Shown here: in pieces, positions 1 to 10,516 of the stretch
Position numbering within the stretch: the stretch's first letter is position 1
Layout of the letters: each line of letters opens with the position of its first letter
Assembly (NCBI GenBank): GCA_034717975.1
Contig: JAYEMF010000077.1
Coordinates: 1 to 42,671 of the forward strand
Length of the DNA: 42,671 bases
Origin: Campylobacterota bacterium
GTDB lineage: Bacteria; Campylobacterota; Campylobacteria; Campylobacterales; Sulfurimonadaceae
Reading direction: 5' to 3'
Position numbers and translations under genes: made by a program
Notes under the pieces: model-generated
What the model was told of the DNA's origin: nothing
What the model saw: only the letters and a program-made list of their open reading frames with translations
Databases searched by the model: none

Positions 1-854
1 CCGGTACCAAGGATGAATGTCGCCACACGTGCTTTATAGTAATCTTCATCACCGACACGCATGGCATAAGGCGAACCGAAATAGAGATAAGCCTGTTCTG
101 TTGTACGAAGCAGAGTCTTCTCCTCAGCTTTTTTGACAACATCGTAATGAGGAAGTTCAGCGGATTGACCGACTTCAAGCACTTCAAGCAGTTCTATTAG
201 CTCTTTCTTAGCCTCATCCAAAGAGATATCACCGCCAATGACGGCAATGGCGCGAGATAGGACAAGGTGCTCTTTCAGGAACAGTTTCGTATCTTTTAAG
301 GCTATAGTTTCAACACTCTCTTTGGATCCGATTGATGGGTTGGCCAAAGGGGTGTTTTTAAAGAGCAGCGCTTTAAGGGCATGGTTGGCCACATAATCAT
401 AATCATTCTCTTTGCGGGTAATCGAACCGATAGTGACTGCTTTGACTTTACGCAGACTCTCTTCCGTCAGGTTTGGCTCTTTCAGCAGTGATGACAACAG
501 CTCATTACCCGAAGCGAACTCCTCTTTGAGCGAGCTCATCTCCATGACAAAGGTTTCCGTACCCGTATTGGCACTCAGATGAATCGCCTTGGCATCAAGC
601 GCCTTGGCAAACCCGATACTTCCTTGTGAAAGTGTCCCTTCATTCATCATCTTGGCACTCAGTTTTGCCAGACCAGCATGCTTCTCATCGGTGATCGAGC
701 CGCTGTTACGAAAAACAAGCTGCATCGAGACGATCGGAAGCCGTTTCTCCTCCTCATAGATCAAAGGGACTTTAACGCCCTTCACTTCAATAAAATCAAT
801 TGTTGCTGCCATAACCACCTGTCCAAATAAAAATAGTGCTAAAAAAAATCTCAC
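1..854 (-). CDS. M16 (pitrilysin) family peptidase-like protein, probably non-catalytic subunit; 3' end runs off the window
   Basis: Manual translation from GTG at 854, overlapping the mqnC stop: MRFFLALFLFGQVVMAATIDFIEVKGVKVPLIYEEEKRLPIVSMQLVFRNSGS...GLAKLSAKMMNEGT. M16 N-terminal pattern with the HxxEH motif replaced. Confidence 0.8.
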   Translation of the reverse strand, partial: MRFFLALFLFGQVVMAATIDFIEVKGVKVPLIYEEEKRLPIVSMQLVFRNSGSITDEKHAGLAKLSAKMMNEGTLSQGSIGFAKALDAKAIHLSANTGTETFVMEMSSLKEEFASGNELLSSLLKEPNLTEESLRKVKAVTIGSITRKENDYDYVANHALKALLFKNTPLANPSIGSKESVETIALKDTKLFLKEHLVLSRAIAVIGGDISLDEAKKELIELLEVLEVGQSAELPHYDVVKKAEEKTLLRTTEQAYLYFGSPYAMRVGDEDYYKARVATFILGT

Positions 855-1900
855 GCAAAAAGCTCCAATGTCTCATACGCTGTATTGCGGATTGCCGGTC
901 TCTCTCCGATATCGCTGATAAGTCTTACCATCTCATCTTTGGCCATTCTAAACCCTGCTCCGGCACTACGGACGACATTCTCTTCCATCATGGTCGAACC
1001 AAGGTCATTAGCACCGTAAAGCAGTGCCATCTGACCGATGTATGGTCCCTGCGTCACCCATGAGCTCTGGATATTTGGCACATTATCCAAAAAGAGTCGC
1101 GCTACAGCCAAAAGACGAAGGTAGCGGTTGGATGACTGCTTCTCTATATTTGGAAAGAGTTTCATCAGCTCTGTATTTTCTCCCTGGAACGACCACATAA
1201 TGAACGCTCTGAAGCCGCCTGTCTCATCCTGAAGACGACGTACCATATCGAAATGCTCGACAATATCTTCATCGCTCTCCAAGGTTCCGTACATCATCGT
1301 TGCTGTTGACTTGATACCCAGTTTATGCGCTTTTCGATGGATATCGATCCATACTTCAGCATCGATCTTTTTCGGAGCGATCACATCACGCACTTCATCA
1401 CTTAAAATCTCCGCTCCGGCTCCCGGAATGGATGCAAGACCTTTGGCCTGAAGACGCGTCAATACTTCCTCGACACTGATACGTGACACTTTGGCAATAA
1501 AATCGATCTCGATCGCCGAAAAACCGTGAATAGTGATCTGCGGATACTTGGTATGGATATGTTCAACCAGATCTTCATACCACTCGATTTTCAGTTTGGG
1601 ATGCACACCACCCTGAAAAAGAATCTGTGTCCCGCCGATCTCCAGCAGTTCATCGATCTTGGCATCGATCTCATCAAAAGTGAGCACATAAGCGTCATCA
1701 TCTTTTTCATGCCGGTAGAAGGCACAGAACTTACAGTCAACCCAGCATATATTTGTGTAGTTGATATTACGATCTACGACAAAGGTAGTGATCCCTTTTG
1801 GATGAAGCTCTTTTTTTCGGGCCGTGGCCATTTTACCAAGCTCTTTGAGATCGCCTTCTTTGATGAGGCGGAGCGCCTCTTCTTTGGTCATTCTACTCAT
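851..1900 (-). CDS. mqnC: Cyclic dehypoxanthine futalosine synthase (radical SAM, futalosine menaquinone pathway)
   Basis: NINYTNICWVDCKFCAF CxxxCxxC motif, QGGVHP, GANDLGSTMMEENVV. Start moved to ATG at 1900 (MSRMTK) to avoid overlap with nusB. Confidence 0.9.
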   Translation of the reverse strand: MSRMTKEEALRLIKEGDLKELGKMATARKKELHPKGITTFVVDRNINYTNICWVDCKFCAFYRHEKDDDAYVLTFDEIDAKIDELLEIGGTQILFQGGVHPKLKIEWYEDLVEHIHTKYPQITIHGFSAIEIDFIAKVSRISVEEVLTRLQAKGLASIPGAGAEILSDEVRDVIAPKKIDAEVWIDIHRKAHKLGIKSTATMMYGTLESDEDIVEHFDMVRRLQDETGGFRAFIMWSFQGENTELMKLFPNIEKQSSNRYLRLLAVARLFLDNVPNIQSSWVTQGPYIGQMALLYGANDLGSTMMEENVVRSAGAGFRMAKDEMVRLISDIGERPAIRNTAYETLELFA

Positions 1901-1910
1901 ATTTTGCTGG

Positions 1911-2312
1911 CTACTCTTTATCTTTTGATATAGCGTCAAGCACGCCATTAATGAATTTTGGAGACTGCTCCGTGCCAAACGCTTTGGTAATCTCTATCGC
2001 TTCATTGATAATCACGGCAGAGTCCAGTTCACCAAACAGGATTTCATAAGCGCCCAAACGGAGTGTCGCACGTTCGATGGAGCCAAGACGTCCAAAATCC
2101 CACTCTTTCAGATGCGTTTCGATCGCTTTATCGATCGTTTCGAGATTATCCATAACTCCGCGGAAAAGAGCCATGGCAAAATCTTTCTGCTTGTTACGGA
2201 TCTTTTTATCTTCCAAAATCTCATCCGAATATTCGGCAATGGTCTGGTTACCAAGATCGAAAGCATAGAGCAGGCTCACAACAGCCATGCGGGCATGATG
2301 ACGTGTTGCCAT
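1911..2312 (-). CDS. nusB: Transcription antitermination factor NusB
   Basis: MATRHHAR, INEAIEITKAFG, FINGVLD; directly downstream of ribH. Confidence 0.97.
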   Translation of the reverse strand: MATRHHARMAVVSLLYAFDLGNQTIAEYSDEILEDKKIRNKQKDFAMALFRGVMDNLETIDKAIETHLKEWDFGRLGSIERATLRLGAYEILFGELDSAVIINEAIEITKAFGTEQSPKFINGVLDAISKDKE

Positions 2313-2314
2313 TG

Positions 2315-2782
2315 CTAATCGATCTCGCTATATAGATCTAACATCTCAATGACTGTAGTCATCGCTTCAAAACCTTTATTTCCGGCTTTTGTCCCCGCTC
2401 GCTCAATGGCTTGTTCAATGGTATCGGTAGTTAAAAGTCCAAAAGATACAGGCTTTTGATACTTCAGTGACATGGTAGCTATCCCTTTGGTTGCCTCGGC
2501 AGATACATAATCAAAGTGAGGGGTAGCACCACGGATAACTGCACCTAAAGCACAAATGGCGTCATATTTTCCAGACGCGAGCAGCTTATCTACAATCATT
2601 GGAAGCTCAAAGGCTCCAGGAACCAGAACATGTGTGATATCATCAATATTGCCACCATGACGATCAAATGCGTCCTTGGCTCCCTCCACTAAACGATCTA
2701 CTATAAAGTGATTCCATCTTGTACTGACAATCGCAATTTTCTTGCCATTTTGAACTTGTAATCTTCCCTCAATAACTTGCAT
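2315..2782 (-). CDS. ribH: 6,7-dimethyl-8-ribityllumazine synthase
   Basis: [35 protein letters not shown]. Confidence 0.98.
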   Translation of the reverse strand: MQVIEGRLQVQNGKKIAIVSTRWNHFIVDRLVEGAKDAFDRHGGNIDDITHVLVPGAFELPMIVDKLLASGKYDAICALGAVIRGATPHFDYVSAEATKGIATMSLKYQKPVSFGLLTTDTIEQAIERAGTKAGNKGFEAMTTVIEMLDLYSEID

Positions 2783-2799
2783 TTTTATCCTTTATTTAC

Positions 2800-3591
2800 T
2801 TATATAGTCTGAATTTTCTGTATTGTTTCTGTCAGTTGTTTCAACTCTTCGAGTTTTAGCATATTTGGTCCGTCGCTTAAGGCAACCGATGGATCAAAAT
2901 GGGTCTCAAAAAAGAAACCGTCTACCCCGACCGCTGCAGCTGCTTTGGCCAGGTGCGGTACCATCGAGCTGTCTCCCGATGTCGTGCCACCGCCTCCGCC
3001 TGGCATCTGAACCGAGTGGGTAGCATCAAAGACAACCGGTGCAAATTCACGCATAATGACGAGCGAACGCATATCTACTACGAGGTTGCCATAGCCGAAT
3101 GTCGAACCGCGCTCCGTCAGCAACACCTTGTTTGCCTTGGCATTCTCGTAACTCACCTCATCACATCCACGTGTTTTAAGCACTTTCAAGACGGAGTACT
3201 TCATATCGTTAGGGTTCATAAACTGCCCTTTTTTGATATTGACAATTTTATCTGTCTTGGCAGCTGCAACAAGCAGATCAGTCTGGCGGCATAGGAATGC
3301 CGGGATCTGCAAGATATCGACTACTTCCGCAACCGGTTCGATCTGATAGCTCTCATGCACATCCGTTACGATCTGGTAACCAAAATCGTCTTTGACTTTT
3401 TGCAGCAGACGCAGCCCCTCTTCAAGACCCGGACCGCGATAACTCTCCAGTGATGTACGGTTGGCTTTATCGTAACTGGCTTTGAAATAAAAGTCATATC
3501 GTGTATCATCACGATAGTTTTCTAAAGACTTGGCAATAGAGAAGAGGTTTTCCTCGCTCTCTATGACACAGGGACCAGCCATTAGAATCAT
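2800..3591 (-). CDS. kdsA: KDO-8-phosphate synthase
   Basis: [38 protein letters not shown]. Confidence 0.98.
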   Translation of the reverse strand: MILMAGPCVIESEENLFSIAKSLENYRDDTRYDFYFKASYDKANRTSLESYRGPGLEEGLRLLQKVKDDFGYQIVTDVHESYQIEPVAEVVDILQIPAFLCRQTDLLVAAAKTDKIVNIKKGQFMNPNDMKYSVLKVLKTRGCDEVSYENAKANKVLLTERGSTFGYGNLVVDMRSLVIMREFAPVVFDATHSVQMPGGGGGTTSGDSSMVPHLAKAAAAVGVDGFFFETHFDPSVALSDGPNMLKLEELKQLTETIQKIQTI

Positions 3592-3869
3592 TCTGATTCC
3601 TTCTGAATGTTATTTCCATTCTTAGCTTTGTCAAGATCATAATCATAAGCATCTGTACCCAGACGACGATCTTCATACTCGCTCTTTGCACCCTCATCGA
3701 TGCTCTGGTAGATCGTCTCAGAAATATCAATATTTTTGTCATGGTTATAGATGATCCATGCGCCGACAGCCAATACAGCGGCACTCATCATCAAATGTCC
3801 TCCACGAAAAAATTGAATCGCAATGACAGCGATCACGCCAAGTGTAATATAATAAATATATCCATCCAT
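3588..3869 (-). CDS. Hypothetical small membrane protein (2 predicted TM helices, acidic tail)
   Basis: 93-aa ORF with AAGG-type RBS; stop overlaps the kdsA start (ATGA). Confidence 0.75.
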   Translation of the reverse strand: MDGYIYYITLGVIAVIAIQFFRGGHLMMSAAVLAVGAWIIYNHDKNIDISETIYQSIDEGAKSEYEDRRLGTDAYDYDLDKAKNGNNIQKESE

Positions 3870-3871
3870 TT

Positions 3872-4768
3872 TTATCCCTTATTTTTACGTGCAACCATAA
3901 GACCGCTAATTATAATCAGGATTATACCCAATAGTGTAAGCATTTCAGGAAACGAGTCACCCAAAAGCACTCCAACTGCTATGGAAAAAACGATATTTGT
4001 GTAACTTACCGCACCCACAATACCGGCTTGCGTCTCGCCATACGCTTTTGTCATATAAACCTGTGCCAGCGTCGCGAACAAGCCCATACCGACGATATAA
4101 AACCAGACCACACCTTCTGGCATGATAAATTCGCCAAACATAAAGTCCAATGAAGCTATATCGACATAAGGGGAGATTATCATTAACAGCAGCGGTCCGA
4201 CTGTCCCGACACCCATAAAAGAGAGGACAATGGCCCGGGTGTCATAATAGCGTTTGAGTTCCCGAACTGCCGTATAGGCCAGTGCCGCACCGATACCGCT
4301 GGCGATCCCCAGCAAATCGGTTTTTGACAACATCATCCCCGTCGGTTTGGTGATCAGTACAATCCCTACAAACCCGATAAAGACAGCCATCCAGCCAGTG
4401 ACCGGAAGACGCTCCTGTAAAAAAAGCCAGGCAAAGATCGCCGTAAAGATAGGCGAAGTCTTGGAGAAGGTCATCGCATCCCCAAGCGGGATGTGCGCAA
4501 TATTATAAAAAAAAGCCAAGAGGGCCAAAAACCCCATCAAACCACGAAAAAAGAGTAAAAAAGGTTTTCCACCTTTATGCTTCATCGGCTTTTTCAAGAT
4601 TGCCGCGCCAATGATCAAAACACCAAAAACATTACGAAAAAAGACTATTTCAAGTGAGGGCATACTTTCACTGGCCAATTTAGCGAAGGCACCCATAAGC
4701 GCGAACAAGAGTGAAGCGATAAGCATAAAAAGGACACCTCGGTCCATGGAAGCGATATAATGTTTCAA
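3872..4768 (-). CDS. DMT/EamA family permease
   Basis: About 10 hydrophobic segments in two EamA repeats (EIVFFRN, SPIFTAIFAWLFLQER, YMTKAY). Confidence 0.92.
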   Translation of the reverse strand: MKHYIASMDRGVLFMLIASLLFALMGAFAKLASESMPSLEIVFFRNVFGVLIIGAAILKKPMKHKGGKPFLLFFRGLMGFLALLAFFYNIAHIPLGDAMTFSKTSPIFTAIFAWLFLQERLPVTGWMAVFIGFVGIVLITKPTGMMLSKTDLLGIASGIGAALAYTAVRELKRYYDTRAIVLSFMGVGTVGPLLLMIISPYVDIASLDFMFGEFIMPEGVVWFYIVGMGLFATLAQVYMTKAYGETQAGIVGAVSYTNIVFSIAVGVLLGDSFPEMLTLLGIILIIISGLMVARKNKG

Positions 4769-4857
4769 ATAATGACTTTATTTTTTACCGAAGTGTATTC
4801 AAAGTATCATTACAAACGATTTACTGATTAAAACTATAATTTCACCAAAGGTTAACA

Positions 4858-5616
4858 ATGACACAATTTATATTTTTCTTCCTTGTCGGACTTTTTCTCG
4901 TATGGGTATTTAGAAGCTACCGACGCTACGAACAGGTCAACTATACACAACAGCAGTTTCAGAACTTCGAGCTGACACAGGAGCATCTGGCACGCAGTGA
5001 GCTTGGACTTTTTGTGGCTCTGACCGCCAAAATCGCCAAAGCCGACGGCCGCGTAGATAAATTGGAAGCTGAACTCGTTGGCAATATGTTCAGCGATATC
5101 AGCGCCGTTTTTCCTGAACCTGAACGTACCAAAGAGATGCTCAAAGAGATCTTTAAAATTGAAAAAGAGATCGTCTATAACATCGATGAGATTGCCCTTG
5201 CTCTGCAGCGTCTTATCGGACGTGATCGTCATAAGCGTCATATGATGATGGCTTTTTTGGTCAATCTGGCCTACATTGACGGCCACCTCAGCCATGCTGA
5301 AGAGAAGATGCTGCTTAAAATTGCCGCCTTTTTACAGTTTGAGAACAACGAAATTGAAGCGATGCTTTCTCAGGCAGCGGGCATGCATCAACACGCCACC
5401 ACACAAAGCTCACTCGAAGAGGCTTACACCCTACTGGAGTGCTCTGCAGACGACTCGCTCGATACGATCAAAAAACGTTATCGCAAACTGGTACGCCAAT
5501 ACCATCCGGACATCATCAAAGCACAGGGCGCTGACGACGACTATATCGCCCAATCAACTGAAAAAGTTCAAGAGATCAATGCGGCGTATGAGATGGTCAA
5601 GAAAAGCAGAGGCTAA
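4858..5616 (+). CDS. DjlA-like co-chaperone (N-terminal TM, TerB-like domain, C-terminal J domain)
   Basis: AKIAKADGRV, LAYIDGHL, YRKLVRQYHPD (HPD motif), EINAAYE. Confidence 0.88.
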   Translation: MTQFIFFFLVGLFLVWVFRSYRRYEQVNYTQQQFQNFELTQEHLARSELGLFVALTAKIAKADGRVDKLEAELVGNMFSDISAVFPEPERTKEMLKEIFKIEKEIVYNIDEIALALQRLIGRDRHKRHMMMAFLVNLAYIDGHLSHAEEKMLLKIAAFLQFENNEIEAMLSQAAGMHQHATTQSSLEEAYTLLECSADDSLDTIKKRYRKLVRQYHPDIIKAQGADDDYIAQSTEKVQEINAAYEMVKKSRG

Positions 5617-6083
5617 GGGAGAGGCAAGTCGTTGATCTCAATACCCATAATCCATTCATAAGGGATAGCCATGGTTCTTTTCCCGCTTGAGATCAGATAG
5701 AACCTCAGATATTCATCGATCTGTTCCGTATCAAAAAGTCCCCTTTTGGCGACCTCTTCTTTAGCGATAGCACTAATCAAAACGGCTTGCTGAAACTGCT
5801 CCTGGAGTTCAGCATCCGGCAGAACATACTCAATCCGGTCGCCACTTCTTAACAACACCGGCTTCAAGGAGTGCATAGCCTTTTGAGCAGATGAGCTTGC
5901 CAGAAAACCAAATACGACCACCCCGACAGCCACACGATAATCCAGCCAGTAAAAGATCAATGCCCCTGTGGCGATCAAAAGCCACCACCCATACAGTACA
6001 ACCTGTTCAAATCTTTCAAACAGCACTACCCGCATAACCAAAAACAGAGCGGCGACGGTCTGAAGCCATGCCCGTTTATTCAT
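5613..6083 (-). CDS. Hypothetical membrane protein
   Basis: Likely start MNKRAW at 6083, overlapping the upstream PRTase stop; N-terminal hydrophobic segments and a soluble C-terminus. Confidence 0.65.
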   Translation of the reverse strand: MNKRAWLQTVAALFLVMRVVLFERFEQVVLYGWWLLIATGALIFYWLDYRVAVGVVVFGFLASSSAQKAMHSLKPVLLRSGDRIEYVLPDAELQEQFQQAVLISAIAKEEVAKRGLFDTEQIDEYLRFYLISSGKRTMAIPYEWIMGIEINDLPLP

Positions 6084-6516
6084 ACTCTTTTTCCCAGAAG
6101 AATCCGATCCACTCTGTCGCTTCACGCACTTTAAAATCGGGTGAGACCGATGCGGTGGATTTGTAAAACAGAGCAGCGGTTTTGATCTGAACATCCGGCG
6201 AACTACGCTGAAGTGTTTCAAGGACTGCCTGCAGGGTTTCTCCACTATCAACGATATCATCGACAATCAGAACACGTTTGGCATTGCTAAGATCACAACT
6301 TCCATAGACACTCACGCTATCACGCTGGCAATCACCATCATAGGATTCAACATGAATCGTCTGGACATTACGTACACCAAGCCCATACCCCATTACCTGT
6401 CCAAGCATCATGCCACCACGGGCGATGGCCACAATCAGATCCGGCTGATAGGGCTTGACCTGTTCAATTAAACATTTTGTATCTTTTTCAAAGGCTTCAT
6501 AAGCATAATTTATCAT
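6076..6516 (-). CDS. Type I phosphoribosyltransferase (gpt/purine PRTase-like)
   Basis: IVAIARGG, VLIVDDIVDSGETL PRPP loop, WIGFFWE C-terminus. Confidence 0.9.
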   Translation of the reverse strand: MINYAYEAFEKDTKCLIEQVKPYQPDLIVAIARGGMMLGQVMGYGLGVRNVQTIHVESYDGDCQRDSVSVYGSCDLSNAKRVLIVDDIVDSGETLQAVLETLQRSSPDVQIKTAALFYKSTASVSPDFKVREATEWIGFFWEKEYE

Positions 6517-6576
6517 GCCGCATTATATACCATCCAAGTCTTTTTTTGCTATGATATTTTCAAAAAAGGCTTACTT

Positions 6577-7677
6577 TTGCAATTTTCATTACCCCCTGAG
6601 ATTCAGGAATTTCTTCAATACACTTTTTTGGGTAACAGCGTTGAGACATGGCTGAAAGGGATTGGAATCTTCATTCTCTTTCTAATTCTTCGTTTCAAAC
6701 TTGTCCAGGCGTCGATCGCCGTCATTCGTGGCCTGACACATAAAACTGACACTACCTTTGATGACAAGATTGTTGATGTCATTGAGCATCCTCTGCGATG
6801 GGGTATTCTCCTGATAGGTCTCTATTTTGCCTTGAATGTTTTTATCATCCCCGACACAACCGAAGTGATGCTGTCGCACTTCTTACGTTCAATTGTCATT
6901 TTACTGGCCGTGTGGATCGCCCACCGGGTCATTACGGTCTTTTCCCAGTCGCTTCAGAAACTCTCCCGGCACTTTAAATCAGAGTTGAGTGAAAGTCTGA
7001 TCAGACTCGTCATCTCCATCCTCAAAGCATTTATACTTATCATCGGTGCCATCACGATCTTTCAGGAGTGGGGCTTTAATGTTAACGGCTTTCTTGCCTC
7101 ACTCGGGCTCGTCGGTATGGCTCTGGCGCTCGCGGCAAAAGATACCGCTGCCAACTTCTTCGGATCGATCATGATCTTTACCGACCGCCCTTTTAAGATC
7201 GGCGACTGGATCAAAACACCGGATGTCGAGGGAACCATCGAAGAAATCGGCATGCGTTCGACCAAAGTACGCACCTTTGCCCAGGCGCTGGTCACTGTCC
7301 CCAATGCGAATTTGGCCGGTAAAGCGATCTTAAACTGGTCACGTATGGGTAAACGCCGGATCAAGATGAACATAGGCTTGACCTACTCCACCACATCGTC
7401 ACAGATGCAGACTATTCTGGCAGAGATCCGTACGCTTTTGGGTGAAGACAGCGATGTTCACCCCGACACCATTCATATCTACTTCACCGATTTTCAAGAT
7501 AGTGCACTGGGAATTTTTTGCTACTTCTTCACCAACACAACAAACTGGGGCGAATATATGCAGGTACGAGAACGGCTTAACCTTGAGATCATGAGGATTG
7601 TAGAGCACAACGGTGCGGCCTTCGCCTTCCCTTCCCAATCCATTTATGTTGAAAATATGGAGCCTGCTGCTCAGTGA
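6577..7677 (+). CDS. MscS family mechanosensitive channel
   Basis: LGLVGMALALAAKDTAANFFG, DRPFKIGDWI, GTIEEIGMRST, FAFPSQ; TTG start. Confidence 0.95.
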   Translation: MQFSLPPEIQEFLQYTFLGNSVETWLKGIGIFILFLILRFKLVQASIAVIRGLTHKTDTTFDDKIVDVIEHPLRWGILLIGLYFALNVFIIPDTTEVMLSHFLRSIVILLAVWIAHRVITVFSQSLQKLSRHFKSELSESLIRLVISILKAFILIIGAITIFQEWGFNVNGFLASLGLVGMALALAAKDTAANFFGSIMIFTDRPFKIGDWIKTPDVEGTIEEIGMRSTKVRTFAQALVTVPNANLAGKAILNWSRMGKRRIKMNIGLTYSTTSSQMQTILAEIRTLLGEDSDVHPDTIHIYFTDFQDSALGIFCYFFTNTTNWGEYMQVRERLNLEIMRIVEHNGAAFAFPSQSIYVENMEPAAQ

Positions 7678-7754
7678 AGAGTGAATGACAGACGGTGAAT
7701 AGTGCCACTCGCCATTCATCAAAAAAACTCCCCAGTTTTAGATATACTTCCATT

Positions 7755-9191
7755 ATGAAAAAATTAGCCATTATCGGCCGGCCAAATGTCGGCAAAAGTT
7801 CTTTCTTCAACCGCTTGCTCAAAGAGCGTGATGCCATCACCTCCGAGCAGGCCGGTACAACACGCGATATCAAAAAACGCGTAACAAAAATCCTTGAAAG
7901 AGAGGTTGAAGTACTCGATACCGGTGGACTTGATGAAGGCAATGAACTCTTTGACCGCATCAAGGAGAAATCCCTTCAGGCTGCCCATGAAGCTGATATT
8001 ATCCTCTACATGGTCGATGGAAAATCCCTTCCCGAAGAGGATGACAAAAAACTTTTTTACGAACTGGAGCAGATGGGTAAAAGCGTCGCCCTTGTCGTCA
8101 ATAAAATTGACAATGACAAAATGAAAGAGAAGCTATGGGAGTATTATGAGTTTGGTACCGATACCATTTTCGGTATCTCCGTTTCCCATAACCGCCATAT
8201 CAATGCCCTGCTGGAGTGGATAGCTAACCAGCTTCCCGAACCTGAAAGTCCGGAACAACCTCAGGAAGTTGTCGTAAAAGAGGATAGGTTCGATCAGTTT
8301 GACTCCTTTCTTGACCACTATGACGATGAAGAAGATGAGGATGAAGATCAGTCTGTTTACGATGAAAACGACAATATCCGCGAATACGATGAAGAAGCCG
8401 CCAACAACCTCCGCGTAGCTATCATCGGACGGGTCAATGTAGGAAAAAGTTCACTGCTTAATGCCCTGCTGAAAGAGGAGCGCTCTGTTGTCAGCTCCAT
8501 TGCCGGGACAACGATTGATCCTATCGATGAAGAGATCAGCTATAAAGATAAAAAGATCACCTTTATCGATACGGCCGGTATTAGAAAACGGGGTAAGATC
8601 CTGGGGATTGAAAAGTATGCGCTGATGCGTACGGAAAAAATGCTAGATGAAGCGGACATCGCCCTGGTCGTCCTCGATGCCAGCCAACCCTTTCTCGATC
8701 TCGATGAAAAAATCGCCGGTCTCGTCGATAAAAACAGACTGGCCTGCCTTATCGTGCTGAACAAATGGGATATCGCCCCTTCTGACGAATATGACAAGAT
8801 CATCCAGGACGTACGTGACCGCTTTAAATTCCTGCACTACGCCCCGATCATCACCATTTCGGCATTGACAAAACAGCGCGTTCATAAGATGTACGACATG
8901 CTCTTGAAGATCAATGAAAGCTATTCACAGCGTATCCCGACTTCACGTCTGAATGAAGTCCTTGAGTGGTCTATGCGAAAGCACCCTATTCCATCCATGA
9001 ACGGCCAGATGATCCGTATCTACTATGCGACGCAGTATGAAACACGTCCGCCACGGATTGCCTTGATCATGAACAAACCTAAAGGGCTGCACTTTACCTA
9101 TCGACGCTATCTGACCAATCAGTTGCGTGAAGCGTTTGATTTTGAGGGAACTCCGCTTCTGTTTAAAGCGAAGAAGCGAGGGGAAAAGTAG
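7755..9191 (+). CDS. der: Ribosome biogenesis GTPase Der (EngA)
   Basis: Two P-loops (GRPNVGKS, GRVNVGKS), DTGG/DTAG, NKID/NKWD, acidic linker, KH-like C-terminus. Start MKKLAIIG at 7755. Confidence 0.97.
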   Translation: MKKLAIIGRPNVGKSSFFNRLLKERDAITSEQAGTTRDIKKRVTKILEREVEVLDTGGLDEGNELFDRIKEKSLQAAHEADIILYMVDGKSLPEEDDKKLFYELEQMGKSVALVVNKIDNDKMKEKLWEYYEFGTDTIFGISVSHNRHINALLEWIANQLPEPESPEQPQEVVVKEDRFDQFDSFLDHYDDEEDEDEDQSVYDENDNIREYDEEAANNLRVAIIGRVNVGKSSLLNALLKEERSVVSSIAGTTIDPIDEEISYKDKKITFIDTAGIRKRGKILGIEKYALMRTEKMLDEADIALVVLDASQPFLDLDEKIAGLVDKNRLACLIVLNKWDIAPSDEYDKIIQDVRDRFKFLHYAPIITISALTKQRVHKMYDMLLKINESYSQRIPTSRLNEVLEWSMRKHPIPSMNGQMIRIYYATQYETRPPRIALIMNKPKGLHFTYRRYLTNQLREAFDFEGTPLLFKAKKRGEK

Positions 9192-9205
9192 AGATGAATG
9201 CGTAA

Positions 9206-9231
9206 AAAAATGCCGATTTCTTGGCATTTTT
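9206..9231. terminator. Probable bidirectional intrinsic terminator between der and hemJ
   Basis: AAAAATGCCGA-TTTC-TTGGCATTTTT hairpin between convergent genes. Confidence 0.6.
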
Positions 9232-9291
9232 AGCTTTGAAACCGGAGTGTTCTCGGACTAAGCGAGACCACGGAGGCTTGAAAGAAAAGAA

Positions 9292-9726
9292 TTAAACAGG
9301 TTTAACAATCACCATGATGACAATGATCAGCATGATGATCGTCGGAACTTCGTTGTAAGCTCTGAAAAATTTTCCGCTTTTTGTACAACTTCCATCCAAT
9401 AACTTTTTACGAAAATATCCCAGCGAGAAATGGTATACGATCAATACCAGCGCTGCCGTCAATTTGATATGCAGCCACATTCCGCTTTGAAAGAGTGCCG
9501 GATTCAAGGCGATCATCGCACTACCGCTAATTACAGTTGCCCATAGCGCCGGTGTTCCAATAAAATTGTAGAGTTTGTTTTCCTGGATCCTTACAACATC
9601 AACAAAACCGCTGTTCTCTTTGTGCTCTTGATGATACACATAAAGACGCGGCTGATAAAAAAGCATCGCCATCCAGCTGCTAAAACTCATCACATGAAAC
9701 GCTAGTACCCATGTATAATATTCCAT
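9292..9726 (-). CDS. hemJ: Protoporphyrinogen IX oxidase HemJ
   Basis: FHVMSFSSWMAMLFYQPRLYVYH, WLHIKL, FFRAYNEVPT, VIVKP. Confidence 0.93.
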   Translation of the reverse strand: MEYYTWVLAFHVMSFSSWMAMLFYQPRLYVYHQEHKENSGFVDVVRIQENKLYNFIGTPALWATVISGSAMIALNPALFQSGMWLHIKLTAALVLIVYHFSLGYFRKKLLDGSCTKSGKFFRAYNEVPTIIMLIIVIMVIVKPV

Positions 9727-9829
9727 AATTCTCCTAATGACAAAATTGTAACCATTTACTCGTAGAAAATGACCATTTCGCTCATTTTACTTACGGGGTA
9801 TCCTTTTAGGGCACCTTTAAGGTTGCTCG

Positions 9830-10483
9830 TTAGAAATTTTTCTCGATATAGAGCATATTGTAATTATACCCACCCTCTTTGACGTTGTTGATCGTACCGT
9901 ATATACCCGAACGGTGCTTGATAAAAAAGCCGAAAGAGGTGTCAAAGAGCGGCTTATACATAAAGAGCCGTCCGATATCAACATCCAGCGTAAACTCCAT
10001 ATAGTTCAACAGCCGGGATTGGTTATCCCGGTCAAACTCCGCCTCCATCTTCTCGACAAGCGGAATATCCGAGACATATGAAAAACCGTTGCCGGCACCA
10101 AGACGCAGCCTGTTTTTCCACATATCGATATTCCAGTAAAGTTTAAAATAGAGGATCCCCTCGTAGACATCCTCTTGCTCATATACCTTTCCGTAGGTGA
10201 TGACACTCGGATCTCTCTGGATATAGGTCCCCTCCTCCTGAAAATAATAAAAAGCACCCTTGAGATAGATATCTACGGGCCATCCGCCCACTGCTTCGCT
10301 GAGCCGATATCCGCCGTCGATACCGTAGGCCATGAGATTTTCCGGATGCGTCTCATTTTCACCCTCTACGATTTCAGGCAGATTGCTCAGCGATGCCTTT
10401 CCCAGGGCAAAACGCAGCGAATAGTCACCGGCACCCTGTAAAAATGAAAAACATACCAGTATAAGAAGAAGAGATCGCAGCAT
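9830..10483 (-). CDS. Putative outer-membrane beta-barrel protein with HRSG motif
   Basis: Signal peptide MLRSLLLILVCFSFLQG, aromatic-rich alternating strands, C-terminal YIEKNF (terminal Phe). Start may be 10501 instead. Confidence 0.6.
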   Translation of the reverse strand: MLRSLLLILVCFSFLQGAGDYSLRFALGKASLSNLPEIVEGENETHPENLMAYGIDGGYRLSEAVGGWPVDIYLKGAFYYFQEEGTYIQRDPSVITYGKVYEQEDVYEGILYFKLYWNIDMWKNRLRLGAGNGFSYVSDIPLVEKMEAEFDRDNQSRLLNYMEFTLDVDIGRLFMYKPLFDTSFGFFIKHRSGIYGTINNVKEGGYNYNMLYIEKNF

Positions 10484-10516
10484 AGCATCCCCATTTTTCA
10501 ATCTGAACAGAGTATA

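Noticed and set aside
8230..8400. Asp/Glu-rich low-complexity stretch in der as an insertion or repeat
   Set aside because: An acidic inter-domain linker is a normal, variable feature of Der.
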